Below are positions 37,653 through 47,141 of a stretch of DNA of 64,000 bases, piece by piece. Made by a program: the position numbers and the translations under genes. Source of the DNA: an uncultured delta proteobacterium (GTDB taxonomy: Bacteria; Myxococcota_A; Polyangia; Polyangiales; Polyangiaceae); the NCBI GenBank assembly GCA_963841435.1, contig CAWJCS010000006.1, forward strand, positions 1,024,001-1,088,000. The letters are read 5' to 3'. The notes beneath the pieces are model-generated. The model saw nothing but the letters and a program-made list of their open reading frames with translations, ran no database searches and was not told where the DNA came from. Positions within the stretch are counted from its first letter, which is position 1; each line of letters begins with the position of its first letter.

Positions 37653-39503
37653 CTGATCGCGCCCGCCGAAGCCAAGCCGGAGCTTTCGAAATACGAGCTC
37701 TGCCGGGAGATCGGCCACGGCGGCATGGCGACCGTGTATCTCGCGCGCGACCGGCGCCTGGGGCGCGAGGTCGCGCTGAAGATCATTCACCGCCACCTGC
37801 GGGAAAATACCGAGGTCGCGGCGCGGTTCGCGAGCGAAGCGCGCGCCGTCGCGAAGCTCAAGCACCCCAACATCGTCGAGGTTTACGACGTTTCGGACGA
37901 GACCGAGCCGGAGCGTTATCTCGTGGTCGAGTTCGTGCGTGGCACCACGTTGCGGGCGCTCATGGCCGAGCACGAGCGCTTGCCGACCGAGATTGCGGCC
38001 ATCATCGGCGTCGAGGTCGCGCTCGGCCTCGGTCATGCTCACGACTTCGGCGTCATTCACCGCGACGTGAAGCCCGAGAACGTGCTGATCGCCGCGCCGT
38101 CTCTCGGCCAGTCTGCCGACCGTACGAGCTACCCGGACGATCCACTCGTCAAGATCACCGATTTCGGGATCGCGAAGCTGCTCGACGCGCAGGGCGTCAC
38201 GTCGACGGGCCAGGTGCTCGGTTCGCCCGCGCACATGGCGCCCGAGCAGATCGAGGGTGGTGACGTCGACGCGCGCTCGGACGTGTTCGGCCTCGGCGTG
38301 ATGCTCTACGAGTCGATGGTCGGTCGGCTGCCCTTCGACGGGAAGAACCCCGCGCAGGTGCTGCGCCGCGTGCTCGACGGCGCCTTCACGCCCCCCGACA
38401 AGGCGCGCCCGAGCGTGGGCGCGCAGTTTTCGGCCATCGTGTCGCGCGCGCTCGCGCACGAGCAGCCGGGTCGCTACGCGAGCGCGCAGGAGCTCGCCGA
38501 GGCGCTCAGGACCGAGCTCACGGAGCTCGGTTTCTTGGATTTACGCGGCGAGCTTCGGTCATTCCTGACTGATCCGGCCGCGTACAAGGCAGGTTACGAG
38601 GATCGCATCGTCGATAGGCTCGTGCGCCGAGCGAGCGACGCGCGGCTCACGCGCAACATCCCGCTCTCGGCGGCGTGCCTGAACCGCGCGCTCGCGATGC
38701 GCCCCGACGACGCCGACCTGCTCGCCGAGGTGTCGAGCCTCGGACGGGCCGAGCGGCTGCGCCGCAATCTGCGCACGGGCGCGCTCGCTCTCGGCGGCAG
38801 CGCGCTCGTGGCGGCGCTTTCGTTCGGACTCTCGAGCGTGCCCTCTCCAGGCGCACGCTCGAAGGCGGCACCGGCGGCCGACCCGTCCTCCGCGGCCCTG
38901 GGGAGCGAGGCCATGCCGCGCGCGTCCGCGTCCGGCGCCGCGCGCGCGAAGAAGAAGCGGACCGAGTCCGCCACCGACGACACGGAGGACGTCCCGAAGC
39001 GGCCCCCGCTCCGGCCGGCCGTCAACCGCACGCCCGAGCCTCCCGTCGAGGTGGAGCATGCGCCCGTTCGCATCGCCGTTGACGGACCCCAGAACGCCAC
39101 CATCCGCCTGGACGGCGCCGAGCTTCGCGATTGGTTCGGAACGCAGAGCATCAGCGTGGGCACCCACGTGTTCGAGTTCATCCCCCCGAACAGCGAGTGC
39201 TGCGAGGGTGCTCAGCGCCTGACCGTCGAGGTCCGCCCGCCGGCCGGCAACGGGGAGCCGCAGCGGGTTCGTGGCCGCATCGCCTTCAAAGGCGCCATGC
39301 TCGACCTCCGGGGCACTCCTGGGACGCGGGCGAGCTGCGGCGAGCTCGGGGAATTTCCGGTTCCGAGCCGGCAGACCTTCGAGATGGCCACGGCCGTGCG
39401 TCCGGCGCGCTGCACGCTCATCCCCTCGCCGGGAAGCGGTGCCCTCCCGAAAGAATTTGACGTCACCCTGAGCCCCGGCCGACTCTCGAGTATCGGCCCC
39501 TGA
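37653..39503 (+). CDS. Membrane Ser/Thr protein kinase (start uncertain, probably non-canonical)
   Basis: YELCREIGHGGMATVY, VALK, HRDVKPEN, DFG, GSPAHMAPE; TM helix; PEGA-like periplasmic part. Confidence 0.92.
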   Translation: MIAPAEAKPELSKYELCREIGHGGMATVYLARDRRLGREVALKIIHRHLRENTEVAARFASEARAVAKLKHPNIVEVYDVSDETEPERYLVVEFVRGTTLRALMAEHERLPTEIAAIIGVEVALGLGHAHDFGVIHRDVKPENVLIAAPSLGQSADRTSYPDDPLVKITDFGIAKLLDAQGVTSTGQVLGSPAHMAPEQIEGGDVDARSDVFGLGVMLYESMVGRLPFDGKNPAQVLRRVLDGAFTPPDKARPSVGAQFSAIVSRALAHEQPGRYASAQELAEALRTELTELGFLDLRGELRSFLTDPAAYKAGYEDRIVDRLVRRASDARLTRNIPLSAACLNRALAMRPDDADLLAEVSSLGRAERLRRNLRTGALALGGSALVAALSFGLSSVPSPGARSKAAPAADPSSAALGSEAMPRASASGAARAKKKRTESATDDTEDVPKRPPLRPAVNRTPEPPVEVEHAPVRIAVDGPQNATIRLDGAELRDWFGTQSISVGTHVFEFIPPNSECCEGAQRLTVEVRPPAGNGEPQRVRGRIAFKGAMLDLRGTPGTRASCGELGEFPVPSRQTFEMATAVRPARCTLIPSPGSGALPKEFDVTLSPGRLSSIGP

Positions 39504-39519
39504 ACGGGCCTGCTCGAGC

Positions 39520-40623
39520 ATGTGCTCCGCCCAACGGTCGATAGTGGTGGCGGCCTTCGCCGGAGTCCTGTGCGCCTCGTCGGTAGCGGGCGCAGAGGCG
39601 AAAGGTGCCGACGTGGCCGCGCCACCGGCACGCTGGCCGGCTGCGAAAACGCCCGCGAGCGCCGCGCCGCCGTCTGCCGGCAAGGCAACCGCCACAAGCC
39701 CGCCCGCCGGTGAGGCAGCGTCGGCGTCGTCGCCGGACGCCGATCTCGACGAAGAGGAGCTCAGCGACGAGGCCGAGCTTGCGCGCATCGTGGGTCTCGT
39801 GGGCGCTGCGCGCTACGAGGAATGTGCCGCGCGGCTCAGCGAGCTGCTCGGTCCGAAGAGCAAGCGTCCGCTCACGGATCCGGACGTCATAGAGACCGCG
39901 CGAATCTACGACGCGACCTGTCTCTTGGGCCTCGACAAGCCCGAGGCCGCCGACGAGCCGCTGCGCGCCGCCATCCGCAAGAACCCGCAGATGCGCGCAC
40001 CCGACAGCCTCGTGTTCCCGCAGAAGGTCGTCGACCGCTTCCTCAAGGTGCGCGAAGAGCTCTACAGCGAGCTCCGCGCCGCCGAGGCCCAGGCGATCGA
40101 CAAGGCGCGGCGCCAGGCGCGCGAGAAACAGCGGCGCGACAGCGAGGACTGGGCTCGCATGCTGCTGCTCGAGCGGCTGGCGCGCCAGGAGGTGCTGATC
40201 ACCAAGAACCACCGCTACATCGCGATGGTCCCCTTCGGTGTCGGCCAGTTTCAAAATGCCGACAAACCGCTCGGTTGGCTCTTCTTCGGAGCCGAAGCCG
40301 CGCTCGGCATCAGCGCGCTCACGTCGCTCGGCGTCCACAGCCACTTGCAGGCGCAGGCCGATCGCATCGCCTCGCGCGGCGGCGTGGCACCGGGTGTCGG
40401 TGATCGATTGCACGCCTGGTGGCTCGCGCTCAACGTGAGCACCTACGGGCTCATCGGCGTGGCGGCGGTCGGGATCACGCAGGCTCAGGTCGCGTTCGTG
40501 CCCGAGGTACGCACCGTGCGCGAGCGCAAGCTGCCGCCGTTGAATCGAGGCACGCTCGAGCTCGCGCCGAACGTCGCCGTGGGCGCGGGCGGGCTCGAGC
40601 TCGGGCTCACGGGGCGGTTCTAG
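39520..40623 (+). CDS. Secreted helical (TPR-like) protein with C-terminal membrane segments
   Basis: Signal peptide, helical domain, VPFGVGQFQN motif, ends LELGLTGRF. Confidence 0.75.
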   Translation: MCSAQRSIVVAAFAGVLCASSVAGAEAKGADVAAPPARWPAAKTPASAAPPSAGKATATSPPAGEAASASSPDADLDEEELSDEAELARIVGLVGAARYEECAARLSELLGPKSKRPLTDPDVIETARIYDATCLLGLDKPEAADEPLRAAIRKNPQMRAPDSLVFPQKVVDRFLKVREELYSELRAAEAQAIDKARRQAREKQRRDSEDWARMLLLERLARQEVLITKNHRYIAMVPFGVGQFQNADKPLGWLFFGAEAALGISALTSLGVHSHLQAQADRIASRGGVAPGVGDRLHAWWLALNVSTYGLIGVAAVGITQAQVAFVPEVRTVRERKLPPLNRGTLELAPNVAVGAGGLELGLTGRF

Positions 40624-40755
40624 GCTCGACTCGGGCAGGCTCGGTAGGCAAGAGCGCGAGCAGCGCCTCGCCACACCGGAGAGCCGGCGAGGCCGGCGCC
40701 ATGCCGAGGACCCCGAGCCACCACACCGTGTCGCGCCGCGCGACCGGCCGCGGTC

Positions 40756-41328
40756 TCATGCGGGCATCGCCGGCGACGAGGGTGGGGGTTCACCGTGCGC
40801 AGCGACGCGCTTTTTCGCTCCCTCGGCGGCGGCGCGCGAAAGCGACGCGCGGAGCCCGTCGAGAGCGCGCCGGGTCGCGCGCCGCTGGATGGCGCCGACC
40901 AGCGTGATGCCGAGTGCGATGGCGAGTAGGGCGTAGAACGTCTCCCCGACGCCGAGCGCGCCGCGCACCGCGTAAGCACCCGCACCGAGCAGGACGGCCG
41001 TCGTGGCAAAGTCGCGCGCCCGGCCGCGATCGAGTGACTTTCGCGCGAGGCCGAGCGCGCGCCCGACGACGGCAGCCATCGTGTCCGGGGACGTTCCGCC
41101 CCCGAGGGCCTCGACGATGGCGTTGGCCACGCCGGCGAAGGCGGCTCCGCGCGCGCGCGAGCACACCTCGGCCGCGCGCTCGGGGCGCCCGGCGGCGAGC
41201 GCGCGCTCGAGCTCGGGACCGAGGCGGCGGAGCTCGACGAGACCGGTGCGAAGCTCCACGGTGCGCACGAGGGCGACGAGCGCTCCGATCAGGGTCACGG
41301 CTTCGAGTGTCGGGAACTCGTCGGGCAT
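40756..41328 (-). CDS. Small membrane protein, weakly MotA/TolQ/ExbB-like
   Basis: N-terminal TM, L..G....A..VC helical loop, two C-terminal TM helices. Confidence 0.5.
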   Translation of the reverse strand: MPDEFPTLEAVTLIGALVALVRTVELRTGLVELRRLGPELERALAAGRPERAAEVCSRARGAAFAGVANAIVEALGGGTSPDTMAAVVGRALGLARKSLDRGRARDFATTAVLLGAGAYAVRGALGVGETFYALLAIALGITLVGAIQRRATRRALDGLRASLSRAAAEGAKKRVAAHGEPPPSSPAMPA

Positions 41329-41639
41329 CGGAGGGGCAGCCCTGTCCGTTAGCAGGGCAGGGCGCCTACGTCTTTTACCCCCTCCTGAGCGGGCGGAGCC
41401 CGCGATTTGGCAGGGGGTCGGCCGCCCGCAGGCGCTCGGCGGCGCCGTGCCCGGCCGCCCCGGGGAGGCCGAGCGCCGAGGACGGACGGGGGGAGGCAGC
41501 ATTCCGCTCGGGCGGTTGAGACGCGGGTAGGGGCCCGGCCGGGCGCCCTGTCCCGGCTCGGGGGTGAAAGCTCGCGGCGCGGCGAGCGTTTGGACGTCAC
41601 AGCGCGAATGGCGCGCTCGCACGTAGGAGCCAATCCGGC

Positions 41640-42824
41640 ATGGATCGCATCGGCCAGTACGACATCGTGCGCCTGCTCGGCGAGGGCGGCATGGGCAAGG
41701 TCTACGAGGCGACCGAGCGCCTCTCGGGGCGGCGGGTCGCGCTCAAGGTGCTCAGGCCGGAGCTCTGCCGCTCGGAGCCGGTCCGGCGCTTGTTCGAGAA
41801 CGAGATGAGCATCCTGGCCGGGCTCGACCACCCGCACGTCGTGCGCTGTCTCGCCTGCGCCGAGGTGGACGGCGAGCTCATGATGGCGCTCGAGCTTTTG
41901 CCGGGGCGCACGCTGCGCGAGGTGCTGCGCGAAAAGGGGCGGCTCGACTGGGTCGAGGCGGCGGGGCTCGTCGGCCAGATCGCGCGGGCGCTCGGCGCGG
42001 CCCACGAGCACGAGCCGCCCATCGTGCACCGCGACTTGAAGCCCGAGAACGTGATGGTGCTCGACGACGGCACGGCGAAGGTCACCGATTTCGGGGTCGC
42101 GAAGCTCGTCGCGGCGCTCGGCTCGGCGACGACGCATAGCGTGGGCACGCTCGCCTACATGAGCCCCGAGCAAATCGACGCCGGGCCCGTCGATCAACGC
42201 AGCGATCTCTACGCGCTCGGGGTGGTGCTCTACGAGCTGCTCGCGGGCCAGCCGCCGTTTCAGTCGAGCTCGCCGCGTGAGCTTTTGAACCTCGCGTGCA
42301 CGGCGGCGCCGCCGCCGCTCGACGAGCCGGTGCGCCGCACGCTGCCGCGCGGCGTCGAACGGCTGCTCTTCGAGCTGCTCGAGAAGCGACCAGAGTCGCG
42401 CCCTGGGTCGGCGGCGGACGTGCTCGCGGCGCTCGAGCCGTTCCTGCCGGACGACGGCGACCCGAGCGCTCCGCGCCCGCGTTCGTCCCGCGAGCGAGCC
42501 GAGGCGCCCACGCTGCCGTCGGTGTCGTCGGGCGCCGGTGAAGAGGCCGAGGAGCCGTCCGGCGCGGCGAACGTGACCGGCAGCGACGCGGCGCCGTCGG
42601 GCGTGGGGGCCGCGCCGGCGCCGGCCAGGACGGCGCGGCGCGAGGACACGATCTTGCTGCTCGAAGGCCGGGCACGCGTGCCGCGCGAGCTGCCGCTCCG
42701 CACGGCGCTCGGCGTGATCGCGCTGGCGTCGGCGCTCGCCGGCATCGTCACGTATTTTTCCGCGCGGGGCGCGGATGCGCCGCGCGACGACCCCGGCGAG
42801 CTCATCGGCCGGAGCGGTCCGTGA
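41640..42824 (+). CDS. Membrane Ser/Thr protein kinase
   Basis: SD AGGAG; LGEGGMGKVY, VALK, HRDLKPEN, DFG, GTLAYMSPE; C-terminal TM. Confidence 0.95.
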   Translation: MDRIGQYDIVRLLGEGGMGKVYEATERLSGRRVALKVLRPELCRSEPVRRLFENEMSILAGLDHPHVVRCLACAEVDGELMMALELLPGRTLREVLREKGRLDWVEAAGLVGQIARALGAAHEHEPPIVHRDLKPENVMVLDDGTAKVTDFGVAKLVAALGSATTHSVGTLAYMSPEQIDAGPVDQRSDLYALGVVLYELLAGQPPFQSSSPRELLNLACTAAPPPLDEPVRRTLPRGVERLLFELLEKRPESRPGSAADVLAALEPFLPDDGDPSAPRPRSSRERAEAPTLPSVSSGAGEEAEEPSGAANVTGSDAAPSGVGAAPAPARTARREDTILLLEGRARVPRELPLRTALGVIALASALAGIVTYFSARGADAPRDDPGELIGRSGP

Positions 42825-44917
42825 CGCTGCGGGCCGCCGAGGCCGTCGGCGGCGCGCTCGTGGTGCTCGCTTCGCTCGGCGTGACGCTCATGGCGGCGCC
42901 GGTGGCGCGCCGCGGTGCTTCCGCGGGTGACGGCGGCCCCACGCCGAGCTCGCGGCTCTCGTTCGCGAGCGATGCGAAGGCGTGCGAGAGCTGCCACCCG
43001 AGGCAGGCGGCCGAGTGGCGCCGATCGGCCATGGCGCATGCCGCCGATTCACCGCTGTTCTTGGCGCTCGAGATGCTCGTCGAGGAGCAGATTGGGCGTT
43101 CGGCGGTGTGCCCCGAGGGCGGGGGCGTGCTCCGGGCGCCCGGCGAGGGGGCCTGTCGCGACCCCGCGAGCGGTGAGCTTCTCGCTGGGTCAGGGGGCGA
43201 AGGATTCTGCGTCAAATGCCACGCGCCCGCGCAGAGCCTCGCCGGGCCTTCCCCGTCCTGGGGTGCGCGCGAAGCCGATCGGTTGCCGCTCTCGCGCCTC
43301 CTCGCTGGCGCGGGGCGCGACGGGGTGGGGTGCACGCTGTGCCACGAGCTCTCGGTGCCGCACCGCGCGGCCGTGCGCGAGCGGGGCAACGCGACGTGGC
43401 GGTCGACGACGAGCGGAGCGCTCTTCTCCTTTCGTCCTGACGCGCTCGAACGGGAGGCCGGCGTGGCCAACTCCGGCTACGCGCTCGAGCCGGCGGTGCT
43501 TTTGGGAGCCGAAGGCGACGAACTCGTGCCGGGCGGCGCGCACCGGCGCATGACGGATGGGGAGCGCCGCTACCTCGGTTCGAGCAAGCTCTGCGGCACG
43601 TGCCACGACGTGCGGCTGTTCGGCACCGACGTCCTCGGGAGCGCGCGCGGCGAGCACTTCAAACGTCTGAGGAACGCCTACGGCGAGTGGCTCGACTACG
43701 CGCGCGAGCGCGAGGCGCGCGGCAAGACCGCGGCGTCGTGCCAGAGCTGTCACCTCTCGACGTTTCCCGGCGTCTGCGTGCCCGGGGCGGGGAGTGGTGA
43801 CGAGCCCGGGGCGCTCGCGGACGCCTGTCCCGAGGGGACGCACTTTTCGGAGCGAGAGCCCGGGGCGCTCGCGCGCGGCTTCGTCGCGACCTCCTCGCGC
43901 TCGAGCGCGCGCGTGCACCCGCATTTTTTCAGCGGCGTCGAGGTGCCGCTCGCGCCGAGCTTCGCGCGGGCGCTCGGCGACGAGAGCGTGCTCGACGCCG
44001 CGGGCACGCCGCTCGGAGCGCGCGCGCGTCGCGATCTGTTGCTCGCGCGGAGCGTCACGCTCACGCTCGGCGCCGTGGGGCGCACGGCGCGTGGCGTCGA
44101 GGTCCCCGTGACGGTCGAAAACGTGGCGGCGGGTCACCGCGTGCCCGCGGGTTTCAGCCAGGAGCGCGAGCTCTGGGTGCACCTTCGCGTCACCGACGCG
44201 CGCGGAAGCACCGTTTACGAGGTGGGACGCGTCGAGCGTCCCGACGAGGATCTCGCCGACAAACGTTTCGTGGCCGTTCGGACCGACGACGGCGAGCTCG
44301 ACGCGCTCGGGCGGCCGCTCGGCTTGTTCGGCGCGGATGTGGTCGACGGGCCCGACGTTCCGCGCTGGGACCCGCCACCCGACCGCGGCGGAACGCGCTT
44401 TTTCGGCCGGGGCCTCGCGAGCTTCCAGAACGGCTTTCTTCGCTGCGTGCGCTGCATCGGTACGATCGACGCGAGCGGCCGGTGTCAGCCGCTCTCCGGA
44501 CAGGAGGGCGCGCGCGCCGATCGCTTCGCCGACGGCGACTACGATCCGGAAACGGGCGAGTGCCGGTCGAACCTCGCTGGGCGCGAAGCACTATTCGAGA
44601 CGTACTTCCCAGTGGGTGCGCTCGACGCGACGCGCGGCATCGCCAAGGCGCCGGACGCCATCATCGACACGCGCTCGCTGCCGCCAGAACGTCCGGTGAC
44701 GTACGTCTACCGGCTCGACGCGCCGCCCGGTCCGCTCGTCGTCGAGGCGCGCCTCATGTTTCGCGCCTTTCCGCCGTATCTCCTGCGAGCCTTTGCCGCC
44801 TACGAGCAGCGAATGGCCGCCCTCGGGCGCCGCCCCGACGGGCCGCTCTTCGGCGAGGACGCGCTCGAACGGCTCGATCTCGTGGAGCTCGCGCGCGCGC
44901 GCGTCGTTGCGGACTGA
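42821..44917 (+). CDS. Multiheme (5 CxxCH) cytochrome c, c554-like, with C-terminal Ig-like domain
   Basis: N-terminal anchor; CESCH, CVKCH, CTLCH, CGTCH, CQSCH; HFFSG; AGHRVPAG. Confidence 0.88.
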   Translation: MTLRAAEAVGGALVVLASLGVTLMAAPVARRGASAGDGGPTPSSRLSFASDAKACESCHPRQAAEWRRSAMAHAADSPLFLALEMLVEEQIGRSAVCPEGGGVLRAPGEGACRDPASGELLAGSGGEGFCVKCHAPAQSLAGPSPSWGAREADRLPLSRLLAGAGRDGVGCTLCHELSVPHRAAVRERGNATWRSTTSGALFSFRPDALEREAGVANSGYALEPAVLLGAEGDELVPGGAHRRMTDGERRYLGSSKLCGTCHDVRLFGTDVLGSARGEHFKRLRNAYGEWLDYAREREARGKTAASCQSCHLSTFPGVCVPGAGSGDEPGALADACPEGTHFSEREPGALARGFVATSSRSSARVHPHFFSGVEVPLAPSFARALGDESVLDAAGTPLGARARRDLLLARSVTLTLGAVGRTARGVEVPVTVENVAAGHRVPAGFSQERELWVHLRVTDARGSTVYEVGRVERPDEDLADKRFVAVRTDDGELDALGRPLGLFGADVVDGPDVPRWDPPPDRGGTRFFGRGLASFQNGFLRCVRCIGTIDASGRCQPLSGQEGARADRFADGDYDPETGECRSNLAGREALFETYFPVGALDATRGIAKAPDAIIDTRSLPPERPVTYVYRLDAPPGPLVVEARLMFRAFPPYLLRAFAAYEQRMAALGRRPDGPLFGEDALERLDLVELARARVVAD

Positions 44918-44918
44918 C

Positions 44919-47141
44919 ATGGCGACGGACGGGCCTGCACTCGATCCTCGCGAGCTCGCGGCTGTGTTCACCCGGGCGCCGCTCGCCGCTCTCGACGCCC
45001 GGGGGCGCGCGGACCTCGCGCTCGCGGCGCGCGTGCGGCGCCTCGACCCCGGCACGATGCTGTTCGGCGGCGGCGCGACGGCCGATTCGCTCTTCGTCGT
45101 CGCACGAGGCGCGCTCGTGGTCGACGAGGAGGGCGGCCCGCGGACGCACGGTGAAGGGGAGCTCTTCGGTCGCGAGGCGCTCGTGCCGGGTGCGCGACGC
45201 TCGGGTGCGGCGGTCGCGCGCGAGTCGAGCGCGGTGCTCGAGCTGCCGCTCGGTGTGCTGCGCCGGGTGCTCGCACGCTCGGGAGCCGGCGCCGAGCTCG
45301 CGCGTGCGGAGCGCGACGCGCGTGCGGCGGCCTTCGGCCGGCTGGTTTCGGCGAGCGAGCTCGGGCGGAGCCTCGACGCGCCGGGCCGGACGCGCCTGCT
45401 CGGTGCGTTGCGCGAGGAGGCGCTTTTTCCCGGGCGCGTGCTCGTCGGGGCGGGCGCGCGCTCCGAGGTCGCGTACGTCGTGGCGTCCGGGCTCGTCGAG
45501 CTCCGCGCGACGGACGGCGGCCGCGTCTTCGTGACACGCGGGGAGCTCTTCGGGCTCGCTCAGGCTCTCTCGCGAGAGCCCTGGCAGGTGACCGTGACGG
45601 CGCTCGGCGACGGCGTGGCGCTCGCCGTTCCTCGCGACACCCTCGTTGCGCTCGAAGAGCGGCACCCGCGCGCCGTGCGCGCCGAGCTCGAACGCCAGGC
45701 GAGCCGCGGCGGGCGTCCGGGGGCCGGGTGGCGCGGCGGCTCGGCCCTGCCGACACGACGCGCCGAGGACGAGCTACCGCGCCTCGCGGCGGCTCGCTCG
45801 CTGCTCGCCATCGATCTTTCGAGCTGTGTCGAATGCGGACACTGCGCCGCGGCGTGCGCCGAGACCCACGGCAGCGCGCGCCTCTCGCGCCGGGGTCCGA
45901 AGACGACCGTGCTGGTGAGTGACGGGGCGGCGGTGCGCGCGCACGCTTTCGTCTTGCCCACGGCGTGCCAGCACTGCCGTGATCCCGTCTGCCTGCCGGA
46001 ATGCCCGACAGGCGCCATCGTGCGCAACGAGCGCGGCGCCGTGCTCGTGCGGGAGGCCGCCTGCACCGGGTGCGGTGCCTGCGTTTCGGCCTGTCCCTGG
46101 GATGCCGTCGCGCTCGTGCCCCGCGAGAAGGGGGTGCCCGAGCCGCCCGGCGTGGCCTCGGCCTTCGTGGCCGCCAAATGCGACCTTTGCGACGGCCGCG
46201 AGGGGCCCGAGTGCGTCGCGGCCTGCCCGACCGGCGCCATCCTCCGCATCGACCCCGAGCGCGAATTGCCCGAGGTGCGCGCGGCGCTCGCGCTTCTGCC
46301 TCGCCACGTCGAGAGGGCGACGGCCCCGCGTCATGCCCGGCACTGGCTCGTCGCGGGGGCGCTCGCGCCGCTCGCGCTCGCCGTCGTCACCGTGCACGTC
46401 ACCGCGCCGGCCACGCTCGGCAGTGGCGTCGCCGCGCTCGTTCCCTGCGCGCTCCTTTGCCTGCACGGCTGGGTGAAGCGTCGCGCCGCCGCACGCGCGC
46501 TCGCCGTTCGAATCGTGCGGCGGTTCGGCGCGGGCTCGGCGCTCCCGGCGCTTTTGCGCGTGCACGCGGTCCTCGGTGCGGCCGCGGCGGGGGCCGTTTC
46601 CTGGCACGCCGGTTTCATGCTTCACGCGGGCGTGAGCGGCGCGCTCGCTCTTTCATTTTTCGCCTCGACGCTGACGGGCGTGTTGGGCGCGCTCGGCTAT
46701 GCGTTCATCCCGAGGCGCCGTGCGCGCCTGGTCGGCAGGGGAGCCTTGCCGGAGGACGACGCCGCACGCCAAGCCGACCTCGAGCGGCAGCGCTTTCAGT
46801 TGCTCACGGGCCAGAACGCAGCCCTGCAGGCGCTCGCGCGCACGCTGCTCGTGCCTTACGCGTCGTCGCGCGTGGGCGCGCTCCTGCTTGCGCTCTCGAA
46901 GCGAACGTCCGGGGACGAAGTGCGTGCGCTCGAGGACCGCGTGAGCGCCATGCTCGGCGGGCGCTCGAGCGCTCGCCTCGCCGCGGCGCCTCGCCTCGTC
47001 GAGCTCAGCGTCGCCTTGCGCCTGCTCCGGGCGGAGCGGTACACGAGCCTCGCGCTGCGCGCCTTCGTGCCGCTGCACCTGGTGCTCGCCGTTCTCGTCG
47101 GGGCGCTCGTCGTCCTGCACGTCGTCGGGGTATCGTCGTGA
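44919..47141 (+). CDS. Tandem cNMP-binding + NrfC/DmsB-like 4x[4Fe-4S] + diheme-b-type membrane domain protein
   Basis: GELFGREAL..ARRS and GELFGLA cNMP folds; CVECGHCAAAC, CQHC....CLPECP, CTGCGACVSACP, CDLC......ECVAACP; two H-X13-H helices. Confidence 0.88.
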   Translation: MATDGPALDPRELAAVFTRAPLAALDARGRADLALAARVRRLDPGTMLFGGGATADSLFVVARGALVVDEEGGPRTHGEGELFGREALVPGARRSGAAVARESSAVLELPLGVLRRVLARSGAGAELARAERDARAAAFGRLVSASELGRSLDAPGRTRLLGALREEALFPGRVLVGAGARSEVAYVVASGLVELRATDGGRVFVTRGELFGLAQALSREPWQVTVTALGDGVALAVPRDTLVALEERHPRAVRAELERQASRGGRPGAGWRGGSALPTRRAEDELPRLAAARSLLAIDLSSCVECGHCAAACAETHGSARLSRRGPKTTVLVSDGAAVRAHAFVLPTACQHCRDPVCLPECPTGAIVRNERGAVLVREAACTGCGACVSACPWDAVALVPREKGVPEPPGVASAFVAAKCDLCDGREGPECVAACPTGAILRIDPERELPEVRAALALLPRHVERATAPRHARHWLVAGALAPLALAVVTVHVTAPATLGSGVAALVPCALLCLHGWVKRRAAARALAVRIVRRFGAGSALPALLRVHAVLGAAAAGAVSWHAGFMLHAGVSGALALSFFASTLTGVLGALGYAFIPRRRARLVGRGALPEDDAARQADLERQRFQLLTGQNAALQALARTLLVPYASSRVGALLLALSKRTSGDEVRALEDRVSAMLGGRSSARLAAAPRLVELSVALRLLRAERYTSLALRAFVPLHLVLAVLVGALVVLHVVGVSS

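Noticed and set aside
41408-41423. GG-N10-GC upstream of the redox operon
   Set aside because: The -12 element is poor (TCGGC) and such matches arise by chance in GC-rich DNA.
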